Source: a bacterium
GTDB lineage: Bacteria; Patescibacteriota; Saccharimonadia; Saccharimonadales; SZUA-47
Reading direction: 5' to 3'
NCBI GenBank assembly: GCA_030428125.1
Contig: JAUIBF010000003.1
Coordinates: forward strand, 1,516-65,515
Length of the DNA stretch: 64,000 nt
Shown: piece after piece, positions 55,622 through 64,000 of the stretch
Position numbering within the stretch: position 1 is the stretch's first letter
Layout of the letters: each line of letters starts with the position of its first letter
Notes under the pieces: model-generated
What the model saw: the letters and a program-made list of their open reading frames with translations, nothing else
Told to the model about the DNA's origin: nothing
Databases searched by the model: none
Made by a program: the position numbers and the translations under genes

Positions 55622-56845
55622 GTGGAGGAACAGCAAAATCAATCTGCGGATGTGAAACAGAAATCACCCAGCAGAAAAACAGCATTGCTTACACTTGCCG
55701 GATTGTTAGTTTCAACCAGTATTTTTATGTCTGGCTGGCTGTTTGGTTCCGGAAAACTTACTATTAGCACCGACAGAGTCGTACCCACAATTACTAAAAA
55801 CGACAGCGTACCTACTGATGGTTTGGATGAACTTTATACCAAAATACTCAATAACTACGACGGGACCCTAAGCGAGGATGATGCATTAAACGGCATGAAG
55901 AGTGGTTTAGTCGGGGCGCTAGACGATCCATTTTCTGAGTATCTGACAGAAGAAGAAACCACAGCCTTTAACGAAAGCCTTAACGGTACATTCGAAGGTA
56001 TTGGAGCTGAGCTATCTAAGGAAGGAAATTTTGTCCAAGTCGTGGCACCTATCAGGGGAACTCCCGCTGATCGTGCAGGTATTCAGCCGCAAGATATAAT
56101 CATAGAGATTGATGGTGAGTCAGCGACCGATATTACAGTTTCGGAGGCTGTTGAACGTATCCGTGGTCCAAAGGGTGAAGAGGTAGTGTTGACCATCATA
56201 AGGGATGGTGAGCAACTCGAAGTGCCTATCGTAAGGGACACAATTGAGATTGCTAGCGTGGAATGGGAAAAGCGTGACGATATCGGGATAATCACAATAA
56301 GTAGATTTGGCGACGATACTTCGTTGTTAACTAGACAAGCAGCGGAGGAATTGAAAGAACAAGGAGTCAGCAGTATCGTTCTAGACTTACGTGGTAATCC
56401 TGGCGGCTTGCTGGATTCATCGGTCAGCGTTTCAAATGTTTGGTTGCCTAAAGGCAGCACTGTTCTAGAAGAAAAACGAGGTGGTGAAGTAATTGAAACG
56501 TTTAAAACCAGTGGGCAGCCGGTGTTGGCAGGAGTTCCTACAGTGATTTTGATAAACGAGGGAAGTGCCAGTGCTAGCGAAATTGTAGCTGGTGCCCTCA
56601 GAGATAACGACGCAGCAACGATAGTTGGCATGACCAGCTTCGGTAAGGGTAGCGTACAAAGGTTAATTCCACTTAGCGCAGGAGGTTCGTTGAAAATTAC
56701 AATAGCTCGTTGGTTTACTCCAGACGGAATAAGTATCGACAAAGAAGGCATTAAGCCAGATACAGAAGTTGATTTGACTGCAGAAGACAGAGAAGCAGAC
56801 CGCGACCCACAAATGGATGCTGCCATCCAAGAACTTTCAAATTAA
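55622..56845 (+). CDS. S41 C-terminal processing peptidase (CtpA/Prc family) with PDZ domain
   Basis: Motifs GIGAEL, GTPADRAGIQPQDIIIEIDG, LDLRGNPGG, SASASEIVAGAL and GKGSVQ. GTG start after GAGGGG. Confidence 0.9.
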   Translation: MEEQQNQSADVKQKSPSRKTALLTLAGLLVSTSIFMSGWLFGSGKLTISTDRVVPTITKNDSVPTDGLDELYTKILNNYDGTLSEDDALNGMKSGLVGALDDPFSEYLTEEETTAFNESLNGTFEGIGAELSKEGNFVQVVAPIRGTPADRAGIQPQDIIIEIDGESATDITVSEAVERIRGPKGEEVVLTIIRDGEQLEVPIVRDTIEIASVEWEKRDDIGIITISRFGDDTSLLTRQAAEELKEQGVSSIVLDLRGNPGGLLDSSVSVSNVWLPKGSTVLEEKRGGEVIETFKTSGQPVLAGVPTVILINEGSASASEIVAGALRDNDAATIVGMTSFGKGSVQRLIPLSAGGSLKITIARWFTPDGISIDKEGIKPDTEVDLTAEDREADRDPQMDAAIQELSN

Positions 56846-56859
56846 GTAACACGTAGCTA

Positions 56860-56931
56860 GGGGTGAGTAGCCAGAGAGACGAATTCATTTCGTCCACTGC
56901 GCGACGTGTCGGGGATGCCCCCCTCTCATAA
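56860..56931. repeat. Inverted-repeat element, copy B (after the S41 gene), reverse orientation relative to copy A
   Basis: The reverse complement reads TTATGAGAGGGGGG..CGCGCAG..GACGAA-atgaa-TTCGTC..TGGCTACTCACCCC. Confidence 0.75.
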
Positions 56932-56949
56932 GGCGAAGCCGTAAATATC

Positions 56950-56979
56950 TTGCACTTCTTACAACAGATAAGGTAATAT
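56950..56979 (+). promoter_or_regulatory. Candidate pyrG promoter
   Basis: TTGCAC, 18 nt, TAATAT. Confidence 0.35.
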
Positions 56980-57007
56980 ATAGACTAATCAAGGGGAAGA
57001 TTTAAGA

Positions 57008-58618
57008 GTGGCTAAGAGTTCGCAGGTTAAATATGTATTTGTTACAGGTGGTGTCTTATCGGGAGTCGGTAAGGGTATTGCTGCCGCCTCAATAGGAAAC
57101 ATCTTAAAAAGCCGTGGACTTAAAGTAAACATCCAAAAATGCGACCCTTACCTAAACTTCGATGCCGGTACGCTTAATCCTGGTGAGCACGGTGAATGTT
57201 TTGTAACCGTCGATGGCGCTGAAACTGATCTAGACCTAGGACATTATGAAAGATTCATGGATGTTGAGCTAAAGCAGTCCAGTTCACTAATGAGTGGACG
57301 TGTTTTAGGTCAGGTTATCGCAGATGAGCGTGAAGGTAAATATCTAGGAAAAACTGTTCAGATTATTCCTCATGTAACTAACGCTATCATTGACGAGATT
57401 CAAAAATCAGCCGAAGGTTTTGACGTTCATATCGTAGAAATTGGTGGTACTGTCGGTGACTACGAATCTTTAAGCTTCGTCGAGGCTATCAGAGAATTAG
57501 CCGTAAAAGTTGGCAGAGAAAATTGTGCCTTTGTTCACGTTGTGTACCTGCCATATCTGGGTGCATCAGGCGAGCTTAAATCAAAGCCAGCGCAAAATGC
57601 TGTACGTGAATTGCGTGGTCTGGGGATTATGCCCGATATCTTGGCAGCTCGCAGTGAATATGAAGCACCCAAGGAAGTCATCAATAAGCTAGCAATGTTC
57701 AGCGGTGTGAAAGAAGAAGCAATCGTACTGCTTCCAAATGCCGAAACGATTTATGAAGTTCCGTTGACTCTCGAAGAACGTGGTATCGGAAATGTTTTAA
57801 CTAAACAGCTAGATTTAAAGAAGTCTAGTGCAAATCTAAAGGACTGGAAGAAGCTCGTTGCCCACGCTACCAAAAAGGGTACACCGTCGGTTAGGGTTGG
57901 GGTCGTTGCAAAATATCTGAACAACAAAGATACCTATATGAGCGTATTTGAAGCGCTAACTGCTGCTGGATGGGCAAATGATTATCAAGTAGAAATTGAC
58001 TGGATCGACGCAGAGCATATTACTCCTAAGAACGTAGCGTCTAAGCTCAAAAACGTTGATGGAATTGTAGTGCCTGGTGGTTTCGGACTTCGTGGTTTAG
58101 AGGGCAAAATAGCTTCTGCTCAATACGCACTAAAAGAAAAGTTACCGTACATCGGACTCTGTTTAGGTCTACAAATGGCAGTAGTCGCAGCGGCACGGAA
58201 CAGTGGCTTAGCTAAAGCAAATAGCGTCGAGCTGGATCCAGATACGCCTGATCCGGTAGTGCATATAATGGAAGACCAGAAATATATTAAAGACATGGGT
58301 GGAACAATGCGCCTTGGTAACTATGAATGCCATATTAGACCTAAGACTCTCGCAAGTAAAGTATATGGGTCTAAGACTGTATTTGAGCGTCACAGGCATC
58401 GCTATGAATGCAACAACGATTACCGCGATCAGTATGAAGGCTGGGGGATTAGAGTTGCTGGAACTTCGCCAGACGGTCATCTAGTCGAGATGATCGAAGC
58501 CGTTGATCATCCTTACTTCTTAGCAGCTCAATCGCACCCTGAATTCAACTCTCGTCCAAACCGGCCACAACCGATGTTCAAAGGCTTTATAGAGGCATTG
58601 ATAAAAGCCAAAAATTAG
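57008..58618 (+). CDS. pyrG: CTP synthase
   Basis: Motifs KYVFVTGGVLSGVGKG, GLCLGLQ (GATase Cys) and HRHRYE. GTG start after AAGGGGAAG. Confidence 0.95.
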   Translation: MAKSSQVKYVFVTGGVLSGVGKGIAAASIGNILKSRGLKVNIQKCDPYLNFDAGTLNPGEHGECFVTVDGAETDLDLGHYERFMDVELKQSSSLMSGRVLGQVIADEREGKYLGKTVQIIPHVTNAIIDEIQKSAEGFDVHIVEIGGTVGDYESLSFVEAIRELAVKVGRENCAFVHVVYLPYLGASGELKSKPAQNAVRELRGLGIMPDILAARSEYEAPKEVINKLAMFSGVKEEAIVLLPNAETIYEVPLTLEERGIGNVLTKQLDLKKSSANLKDWKKLVAHATKKGTPSVRVGVVAKYLNNKDTYMSVFEALTAAGWANDYQVEIDWIDAEHITPKNVASKLKNVDGIVVPGGFGLRGLEGKIASAQYALKEKLPYIGLCLGLQMAVVAAARNSGLAKANSVELDPDTPDPVVHIMEDQKYIKDMGGTMRLGNYECHIRPKTLASKVYGSKTVFERHRHRYECNNDYRDQYEGWGIRVAGTSPDGHLVEMIEAVDHPYFLAAQSHPEFNSRPNRPQPMFKGFIEALIKAKN

Positions 58619-58676
58619 AGTAGCATAAGAAGCATCAGCCCCTCAGGGTATTTATCAATAAAGAAACGGAAAAAGA

Positions 58677-59063
58677 ATGAGCGAAGATAAAGCAAAGCGA
58701 ATTTTACTTGTCGAAGATGATGACAGTTTGGCAAATGTGTATACCACCCGTCTAGAGGCGGAAGGATTCACGATCCAAAGAGTACCTAATGGAGAAGACG
58801 CCCTTGCGGCTGCTGTAAGTTTCCATCCTGACCTGATTTTACTTGATGTCATGATGCCAAAAGTTTCAGGTTTTGACGTGCTAGACATCCTTAGGAACTC
58901 CCCGGAAACAGCAAACTTCAAAGTAATAATGCTAACAGCTTTATCTCAAGAAACTGACAAACAACGAGCAGAAGAGTTAGGTGTTGATGATTACATGGTT
59001 AAATCCCAAGTAGTTATTGCCGATGTCGTAGAACGCATCAAACACCACCTTGGCATGGCTTAG
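58677..59063 (+). CDS. Stand-alone response-regulator receiver (CheY-like) domain
   Basis: Motifs LLVEDDD, LILLDVMMP, MLTALS and DDYMVK. No output domain, and no kinase in the window. Confidence 0.85.
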   Translation: MSEDKAKRILLVEDDDSLANVYTTRLEAEGFTIQRVPNGEDALAAAVSFHPDLILLDVMMPKVSGFDVLDILRNSPETANFKVIMLTALSQETDKQRAEELGVDDYMVKSQVVIADVVERIKHHLGMA

Positions 59064-59082
59064 AGTCTTCTCGTCAGAAACT

Positions 59083-59112
59083 AAAAAGGGCTCCAGATAC
59101 GGAGCTCTTTTG
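59083..59112 (+). terminator. Rho-independent terminator
   Basis: AAAAA-GGGCTCC-agatac-GGAGCTC-TTTT (7-bp stem including one G-U pair). Confidence 0.7.
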
Positions 59113-59120
59113 ATATAAGG

Positions 59121-59149
59121 TTGACAAAAACGCTAATGTTTGCTATAAT
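59121..59149 (+). promoter_or_regulatory. Consensus sigma-70-type promoter for the 59189-60724 operon
   Basis: TTGACA (59121-59126), a 17-nt spacer ending in TGC, then TATAAT (59144-59149). Confidence 0.7.
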
Positions 59150-59188
59150 TACACCTGTTAAATCAAAAATAAAAAATAAGAAAAAATT

Positions 59189-59659
59189 ATGAACCAAATG
59201 ACACCTCAATCACCAGAAATACCAAGATTCGAAGCACCTGAACCTTCTAGGATGCAGAGATTATCAATGGCAGCCGCAGGACGATTATTGGGTGCAGGTA
59301 AGAATGCCGATCCTCTTGTAACTACAGAACTGCTTGTGACCCAAGTTGGGGGATATCAAGAAGTTAAGCCTAAGGTGCCCGGTCTAGAATCACCAGCCAA
59401 ATATACACATAATGATGCCAGACCGGTGCCAGTAGCTGCAGCACAAGATGAAACTACCAAAAAATCATATACAATGGCATATTCTACGGCCTCAGAGTTT
59501 GATGATGCAAGAGGTAAGCACCTAGAGTCAGCAATGGCGTCTACCGTAAGTAGGCAACGCGCCACAGGTAAAAAAGCTGGAACGCTACGAGGTAAAGCCG
59601 CTAGAAGGCTAGTCGGACACGCAACCAAAGGTGTTGGTTTAAGCGCACACAAGTCTTAG
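59189..59659 (+). CDS. Hypothetical, probably disordered protein with a basic C-terminus
   Basis: ORF behind a consensus promoter. Low-complexity, P/A/K/R-rich sequence. Confidence 0.45.
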   Translation: MNQMTPQSPEIPRFEAPEPSRMQRLSMAAAGRLLGAGKNADPLVTTELLVTQVGGYQEVKPKVPGLESPAKYTHNDARPVPVAAAQDETTKKSYTMAYSTASEFDDARGKHLESAMASTVSRQRATGKKAGTLRGKAARRLVGHATKGVGLSAHKS

Positions 59660-59680
59660 TGTGCTAGTTAGAGGACAAAA

Positions 59681-60724
59681 ATGCCTGAAATCACCACAGA
59701 ACATTTCATGCAGCCGCAGACACCGATTAGTACCTATAGTGAGAATTTACCTTCTTACTTTGTGCATCGTAATGAACGAGATGCCAGTGGTAACCTAACA
59801 GGAAATAAATTTCTAGAGGGTGGTTGGTATGCGGCAAATACTTACGTTGATGATGGGGGTTTGCAGGTTGTAACTATGGTTAAGCCGGATACAGAAGGTA
59901 CTGGTGGGATTGAAAAGACCATTTCACTTGAGGCATTTGACTATGCACAATCAGAAGGCGCAAAAAATGTGGGTTCCTTATCTTTATCGCAAGGAGTAGA
60001 GGTGGAAATGAATCCTGTCGAAGACGAAGGGGTTTCTGCAGATCTATACGACAAACTATTTGATCCAAACTATGACATGGAGTCACTATCAGTAGAAGAA
60101 GCTGCTGTAAACATCCCCGACCTATTTAAAATGATTAATTCTCATGAGGCTGATGGTTTTGGACAAAAACGATTAACACCAGAAGAGGTATCTGTGGTGG
60201 GCGAAGGACTTTCAGCGCTCGGAATAACAACCGAACAGCCCACTAAAGAGCAGTTAGAGTCTATGCATGCTCTCGCTGTAAACAGAGTAAATAGTGGAGC
60301 TGCAGAAGGCTACCTGAGATCTTTGCCATTTAAACCAATCTCTGAAATGCACGCCATGAAAGATAGCGCTAAAAGAAGTGTTGTAACTTGGAGCAGCGAT
60401 AATCCAATCTATATCGACCCGATAGCTATAGAAAGTGGAGGTTCAGATTTCTTGAACTGGGCAGGGGATTCACATAATCGTGCAAAAAGCAGAACGACCG
60501 CTGAGGGTAAGTCTGTGAATGGCTCTACCTTTGAAGCAATTAAGGAATATGCTGCCAACTTCGATACTCAGATTCCTGAGACTGATACGAATGGACTAAA
60601 TATTATTGTTGGCAACGATGGTGTTCATTGTTTCGTATCACATGGGGTCCATAGGGTCGCAGCAGCAAAGTTAAGAGGAGAACCGATACGGTTCTCCTCG
60701 ATGGTCTTTTACGACGCTAGATAA
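59681..60724 (+). CDS. Hypothetical protein with a C-terminal ParB/sulfiredoxin-like domain
   Basis: GAGGA RBS. The C-terminal pattern IYIDPIAIE...NIIVGNDGVHCFVSHGVHRVAAAKLRGEPI resembles the ParB N-terminal-domain core DG.HR..AA...G..I. Confidence 0.45.
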   Translation: MPEITTEHFMQPQTPISTYSENLPSYFVHRNERDASGNLTGNKFLEGGWYAANTYVDDGGLQVVTMVKPDTEGTGGIEKTISLEAFDYAQSEGAKNVGSLSLSQGVEVEMNPVEDEGVSADLYDKLFDPNYDMESLSVEEAAVNIPDLFKMINSHEADGFGQKRLTPEEVSVVGEGLSALGITTEQPTKEQLESMHALAVNRVNSGAAEGYLRSLPFKPISEMHAMKDSAKRSVVTWSSDNPIYIDPIAIESGGSDFLNWAGDSHNRAKSRTTAEGKSVNGSTFEAIKEYAANFDTQIPETDTNGLNIIVGNDGVHCFVSHGVHRVAAAKLRGEPIRFSSMVFYDAR

Positions 60725-60733
60725 GCTTAAGGT

Positions 60734-61006
60734 TTACTCAACAACGACTTCGGTTCGTGGAACTGTTTTGCCGGTGAAGTTTTTCTTGCGACGTGAGATA
60801 AATTTAACCACGCCGTCTTTTGCTGCATGAATAGTGTAGTTTCGGCTAATGTATGTACCAGCTCCTGCAAGCTTGGTTTGACCAACTTGACGAACTAAAA
60901 CTTCGCCTTTGTTGACTTTTTGGCCACCAAAGCGCTTAACACCTAATCTCTGACCAGGACTGTCGTGGACATTTTTAGCGGTTCCGCCCGCTTTTACATG
61001 TGACAT
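60734..61006 (-). CDS. rpmA: Ribosomal protein L27
   Basis: Motif KAGGTAKNVHDSPGQRLGVKRFGGQKV. There is no rplU next to it. Confidence 0.92.
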   Translation of the reverse strand: MSHVKAGGTAKNVHDSPGQRLGVKRFGGQKVNKGEVLVRQVGQTKLAGAGTYISRNYTIHAAKDGVVKFISRRKKNFTGKTVPRTEVVVE

Positions 61007-61131
61007 ATTTTGTAATTCCTCTCTTGAGTGATTTGTGTTTAATTATACCTTAAACAACACCTTAGCGCAAGCGTTAAATGCTAAATAAACAAGACATTCA
61101 ATTATCGATACATGTAAAGTAAACTATAGCT

Positions 61132-61971
61132 ATGCTTGAAATAAAATACTTTCGTGCTGCGCATGTTATTTTTTCTAATCTAGAAACTGCGCAAGGCAGA
61201 CAAGATAGAATGAGTCTGATTGAAAATCAGCTTCAGGCATCAAGCGGCAGAGATGTACAGTCGCTGCTATATGAGATAGGGGTTGCACTTTCTCGAATTA
61301 CAACTGCGACTCAGCTTCACAGTTACTTAAAAAATGCTATATACGAATTCGAGTTAAGAGGGCTAAAGGCAATATCTGTCGACGGAAACTATGAGGATGC
61401 CATAGAAGTTCTAAAAGGACGACTATACGGCCCCGATGGACTTAAAGAGTTAGCTCAACAGAGGTATCGAAATATAACTGTCAACCTGGGACATATTGCC
61501 GAAAGTGACACTTCTACCCAGCAAGAGTACTGGAAATCCTCAATCAGTAGTCTGAAGAAGTTAGTCATAAAAGAGCTGCTGGATTACATAGAGGTTAACA
61601 AGAGTATACTCCATGTCACGGTTGACGAATTCAACACCACAAGCTCATATATTATGAACCGTTTATATGCTCTTAAATCCCAGGCGGAGAGTCAGCAATC
61701 TGCGCTGATTAAGATCCATACAACATCAGAAGTTTTAACTAGTATTGAGACATCTGGATTAGATATTTCCAATATCCACGACTTTTTAATTGAGGCTAGC
61801 AGGGGATCCAATACGTTGATTTTTGGCAAAAGGATTGAAGCATTAATTTCACGCTCCTTACCACTGAAGTCATTCACTCAACCATATCTGGAAATTCAAG
61901 CAGTGCTACAAGACCATTGGGCAGAACTAAATAAAATCGAAAGGGACTTCATATCTGGTAGGAAGAGCTGA
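61132..61971 (+). CDS. Hypothetical helical protein
   Basis: ORF only, no motif recognised. Confidence 0.45.
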   Translation: MLEIKYFRAAHVIFSNLETAQGRQDRMSLIENQLQASSGRDVQSLLYEIGVALSRITTATQLHSYLKNAIYEFELRGLKAISVDGNYEDAIEVLKGRLYGPDGLKELAQQRYRNITVNLGHIAESDTSTQQEYWKSSISSLKKLVIKELLDYIEVNKSILHVTVDEFNTTSSYIMNRLYALKSQAESQQSALIKIHTTSEVLTSIETSGLDISNIHDFLIEASRGSNTLIFGKRIEALISRSLPLKSFTQPYLEIQAVLQDHWAELNKIERDFISGRKS

Positions 61972-62182
61972 GTAAAAAAATAGAACAGGAAATAGACGGC
62001 TTATTTACTAGGTTGGAGCTAATCGATCAAATACCTGAAGCTATTGATTTAGAGGAGACCACTGCGTATTTGCTAGAGACTTCAAACAAGACATTTGCAG
62101 ACGTAAAAACTCACACCACTGATTGGCTTCACCGTCTGCATGCGTTGCGACTGGAAAAGTAATTCTTTAATCTAAAGGTCTT

Positions 62183-63367
62183 CTAAGATTTTTCGATTAG
62201 GAGCAGTTCGCGACCAACAACCTGGTTATCACGATGATAGATTAACTCGTCGTTTGCGGCATGTTTAAGCGTCAACTTTTTAAAGCCTGTTTCTTGGACG
62301 TAGTTTACGACAGGTAAGTGTAAAAATTCATGCTTGCCTCGCCAAGTTGGTATCGCTAGACATAATCTAGTTCCTGGTTTGACTTGAGTAGCCAAATTTT
62401 GCAAGAATTTGTGATGCAAAGAATTAACCTCGTGCATAATTTTCGATAGCTGATCAGATGGGGGCAGAGAAGAAAGTGGTCGCCCTAGGTATGTTTCGCA
62501 GGCTACTGCTTTAATAGCATCGGGATTATTCCATTTGAAGTTTGTGGCGTCGCCAATTTCGATACGCCTATAGTCACCGGCCTCTGGGAATTTTTCATCT
62601 AGCCAATTTAGATTATCAATTGTGTATTGAACCATTCTCGGCTCTACGTCTGTACCATAAATGTCAAAATTCATTAGTGAAGCTTCTTGTAGCAATACTC
62701 CTGTGCCACAGAATGGATCGAGAACTATGCCTCCTAGATGTGGGTCTAGGTTGGTGACAGCAAGATTAATAATAATCTGAGCCAGCTTAGGAGGTAACAT
62801 ACCGACTTTTGCATCGCGCATAGGTCGAGCCTGGTCACGGGCTGCGTAGGCATCAATATCTTGGATATCAGTTGTCTGTATGAGGAACGTTCTTGTACCG
62901 TCAGATACAATGCACAGTTCCCAGCCGTTAGGACCAGTTAGTTTGTTGTATAAGACTGTAGCAGTTCCTAGGACTGATTCTTTTTGTGGAACCATGCGAA
63001 CAGATTTTCCGGTTTGTCGGATTGCTTTTTTGAGCTGCAGGGCAGTACCAGCAATTTTCTTAGGCGAAACCTGTAAGCCAAAAACACTAATACCAAATAT
63101 CAACTTTCCTTCGATGTAATCAGCGTGTGTAGGAGCGTTTTCTAATAGGTGTTTTTCAATGGCCTTCCAGTCGTTAGGTAACTCTACAATAACTTTGCCG
63201 AGTCTGATGCTCCCACCAAGTCTTTTGAAGTCTATTTCTGAATGATGTAAATCTATAAAACAAGCATTATCTGAGAACGGTTCAATATTTTCGGCACCGA
63301 ATAAGCATTCCAGCTCTGCTATTCCTAGTTTTGGTTGCCTCCCGAGGATTGCGATACTCTCAAACAT
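62183..63367 (-). CDS. Putative class I SAM-dependent (Trm11/RlmL-like) methyltransferase
   Basis: Motifs GMLPPKLAQIIINLA and VLDPFCGTGVLLQEA (motif I), with an N-terminal ferredoxin-like/THUMP-like region ILGRQPKLGIAELE. Confidence 0.5.
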   Translation of the reverse strand: MFESIAILGRQPKLGIAELECLFGAENIEPFSDNACFIDLHHSEIDFKRLGGSIRLGKVIVELPNDWKAIEKHLLENAPTHADYIEGKLIFGISVFGLQVSPKKIAGTALQLKKAIRQTGKSVRMVPQKESVLGTATVLYNKLTGPNGWELCIVSDGTRTFLIQTTDIQDIDAYAARDQARPMRDAKVGMLPPKLAQIIINLAVTNLDPHLGGIVLDPFCGTGVLLQEASLMNFDIYGTDVEPRMVQYTIDNLNWLDEKFPEAGDYRRIEIGDATNFKWNNPDAIKAVACETYLGRPLSSLPPSDQLSKIMHEVNSLHHKFLQNLATQVKPGTRLCLAIPTWRGKHEFLHLPVVNYVQETGFKKLTLKHAANDELIYHRDNQVVGRELLLIEKS

Positions 63368-63417
63368 ACCTGGTATTATGTAGGTTAGAACTCAATAAGA
63401 CAAATAGGGGAAACTGG

Positions 63418-64000
63418 TTGAATTTTAAATCTTTCAAGTTCTGGATAAACATAATTACAATTGGCGCGTTAGTGCTGTTGATCGTTTTGGCGCGCAAGCA
63501 AATAGGTGATGCCATCCATACCGTTTGGACACTTAATTTCTTTTGGCTGTTTCTTATTATTCCTGTTCAAATTGGTAACTATTTGGCAGTAGGGAAGTTT
63601 TACCAAAGTTACCTAAAAACTCTCGGTGAAAAAGTTCGCCTGAAAGAAACTTTCAAAATTGGGTTAGAAATGAACTTCGTAAACAATGTCTTTCCATCTG
63701 GAGGTATCAGCGGATTTGGATATTTAGGAGTTAGGCTCAAAAAACTAGGCGTAAAGGGCTCCAAAACTACACTGCTGCAAACTTCTAGGCACTTGCTTAC
63801 ATTTGTTTCTTTCATTTTCTACTTATTATTAGCATTACTTCTACTCTCTATTTTTGGTTCTGCCAGCAGGTTGATAATTTTAGTAGCTACAACTCTGTCA
63901 TCATTCATTGTCTTCGGAACATTGATACTGCTGTACATCATCAGTAACGAAGACAGAATTACTCAATTTATGGCTGCACTTCCGAGGTTAGTAAATAGAA
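63418..64000 (+). CDS. Flippase-like / lysylphosphatidylglycerol-synthase-TM-region family membrane protein (partial, runs off the window)
   Basis: Not in the ORF track because there is no stop in the window. TTG start 6 nt after GGGGAAA. Polytopic, with the motif NFVNNVFPSGGISGFGYL. Confidence 0.55.
   Translation, partial: MNFKSFKFWINIITIGALVLLIVLARKQIGDAIHTVWTLNFFWLFLIIPVQIGNYLAVGKFYQSYLKTLGEKVRLKETFKIGLEMNFVNNVFPSGGISGFGYLGVRLKKLGVKGSKTTLLQTSRHLLTFVSFIFYLLLALLLLSIFGSASRLIILVATTLSSFIVFGTLILLYIISNEDRITQFMAALPRLVNR

Noticed and set aside
56083-56826. A 247-aa minus-strand ORF opposite the S41 protease gene
   Set aside because: The plus-strand product has all the S41/PDZ motifs. The antisense product is S/P/L-rich low complexity and would fully overlap it.
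1-64000. tRNA, rRNA, tmRNA, RNase P RNA and CRISPR arrays
   Set aside because: I scanned all intergenic gaps (the largest are 10707-11169, 53768-53945, 56846-57007 and 61972-62182). None has a T-loop GTTCRA cloverleaf, rRNA signatures or regularly spaced direct repeats.

Overview
The window looks like a chromosomal segment from a small-genome, moderately AT-rich bacterium. Gene content fits a CPR/Patescibacteria (Saccharibacteria-like) organism, but that is inference from gene content only. The code is the standard bacterial one: TGA closes ORFs, and both RF1 and an unframeshifted RF2 are present. I found no rRNA, tRNA or CRISPR array.

Layout:
(1) 5-15738 is a surface locus. It holds a 5-prime-truncated 2720-aa modular protein built from tailspike-like parts, a membrane-anchored clan GH-A glycosidase, an IS200/RAYT-type Y1 transposase gene flanked by REP-like palindromes, and a 1522-aa tail-fibre-like protein with C1q-like and MAM-like domains.
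(2) 15.8-35 kb is housekeeping: parAB, lepB, LCP, htrA, prmC / inserted orphan / prfA, rpmE, rpsB-tsf-(proB-like)-frr-uppS-rseP, CPBP protease, proS, greA, class I lysS.
(3) 36.1-40.7 kb holds three prepilin-type minor pilins (one with a discoidin domain, one with a vWA domain). A 7-TM heliorhodopsin-like protein follows; it lacks the retinal lysine and carries a K/T-rich tail.
(4) 40.7-53.8 kb holds RNA methyltransferases, alaX, a Cas4-like nuclease, serS, hpf, secA, an M16 peptidase, prfB and ftsEX.
(5) 53.77-56.93 kb is a module bracketed by ~75-bp inverted repeats. It contains a small orphan, a coiled-coil M23 peptidase whose catalytic segments appear circularly permuted, and an S41 protease.
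(6) 57-64 kb holds pyrG, an orphan receiver domain, a two-gene orphan operon behind a consensus promoter (the second product ends in a ParB/Srx-like domain), rpmA, further orphans, a methyltransferase and a partial flippase-like gene.

All domain calls come from motif recognition by eye. No database search was run.
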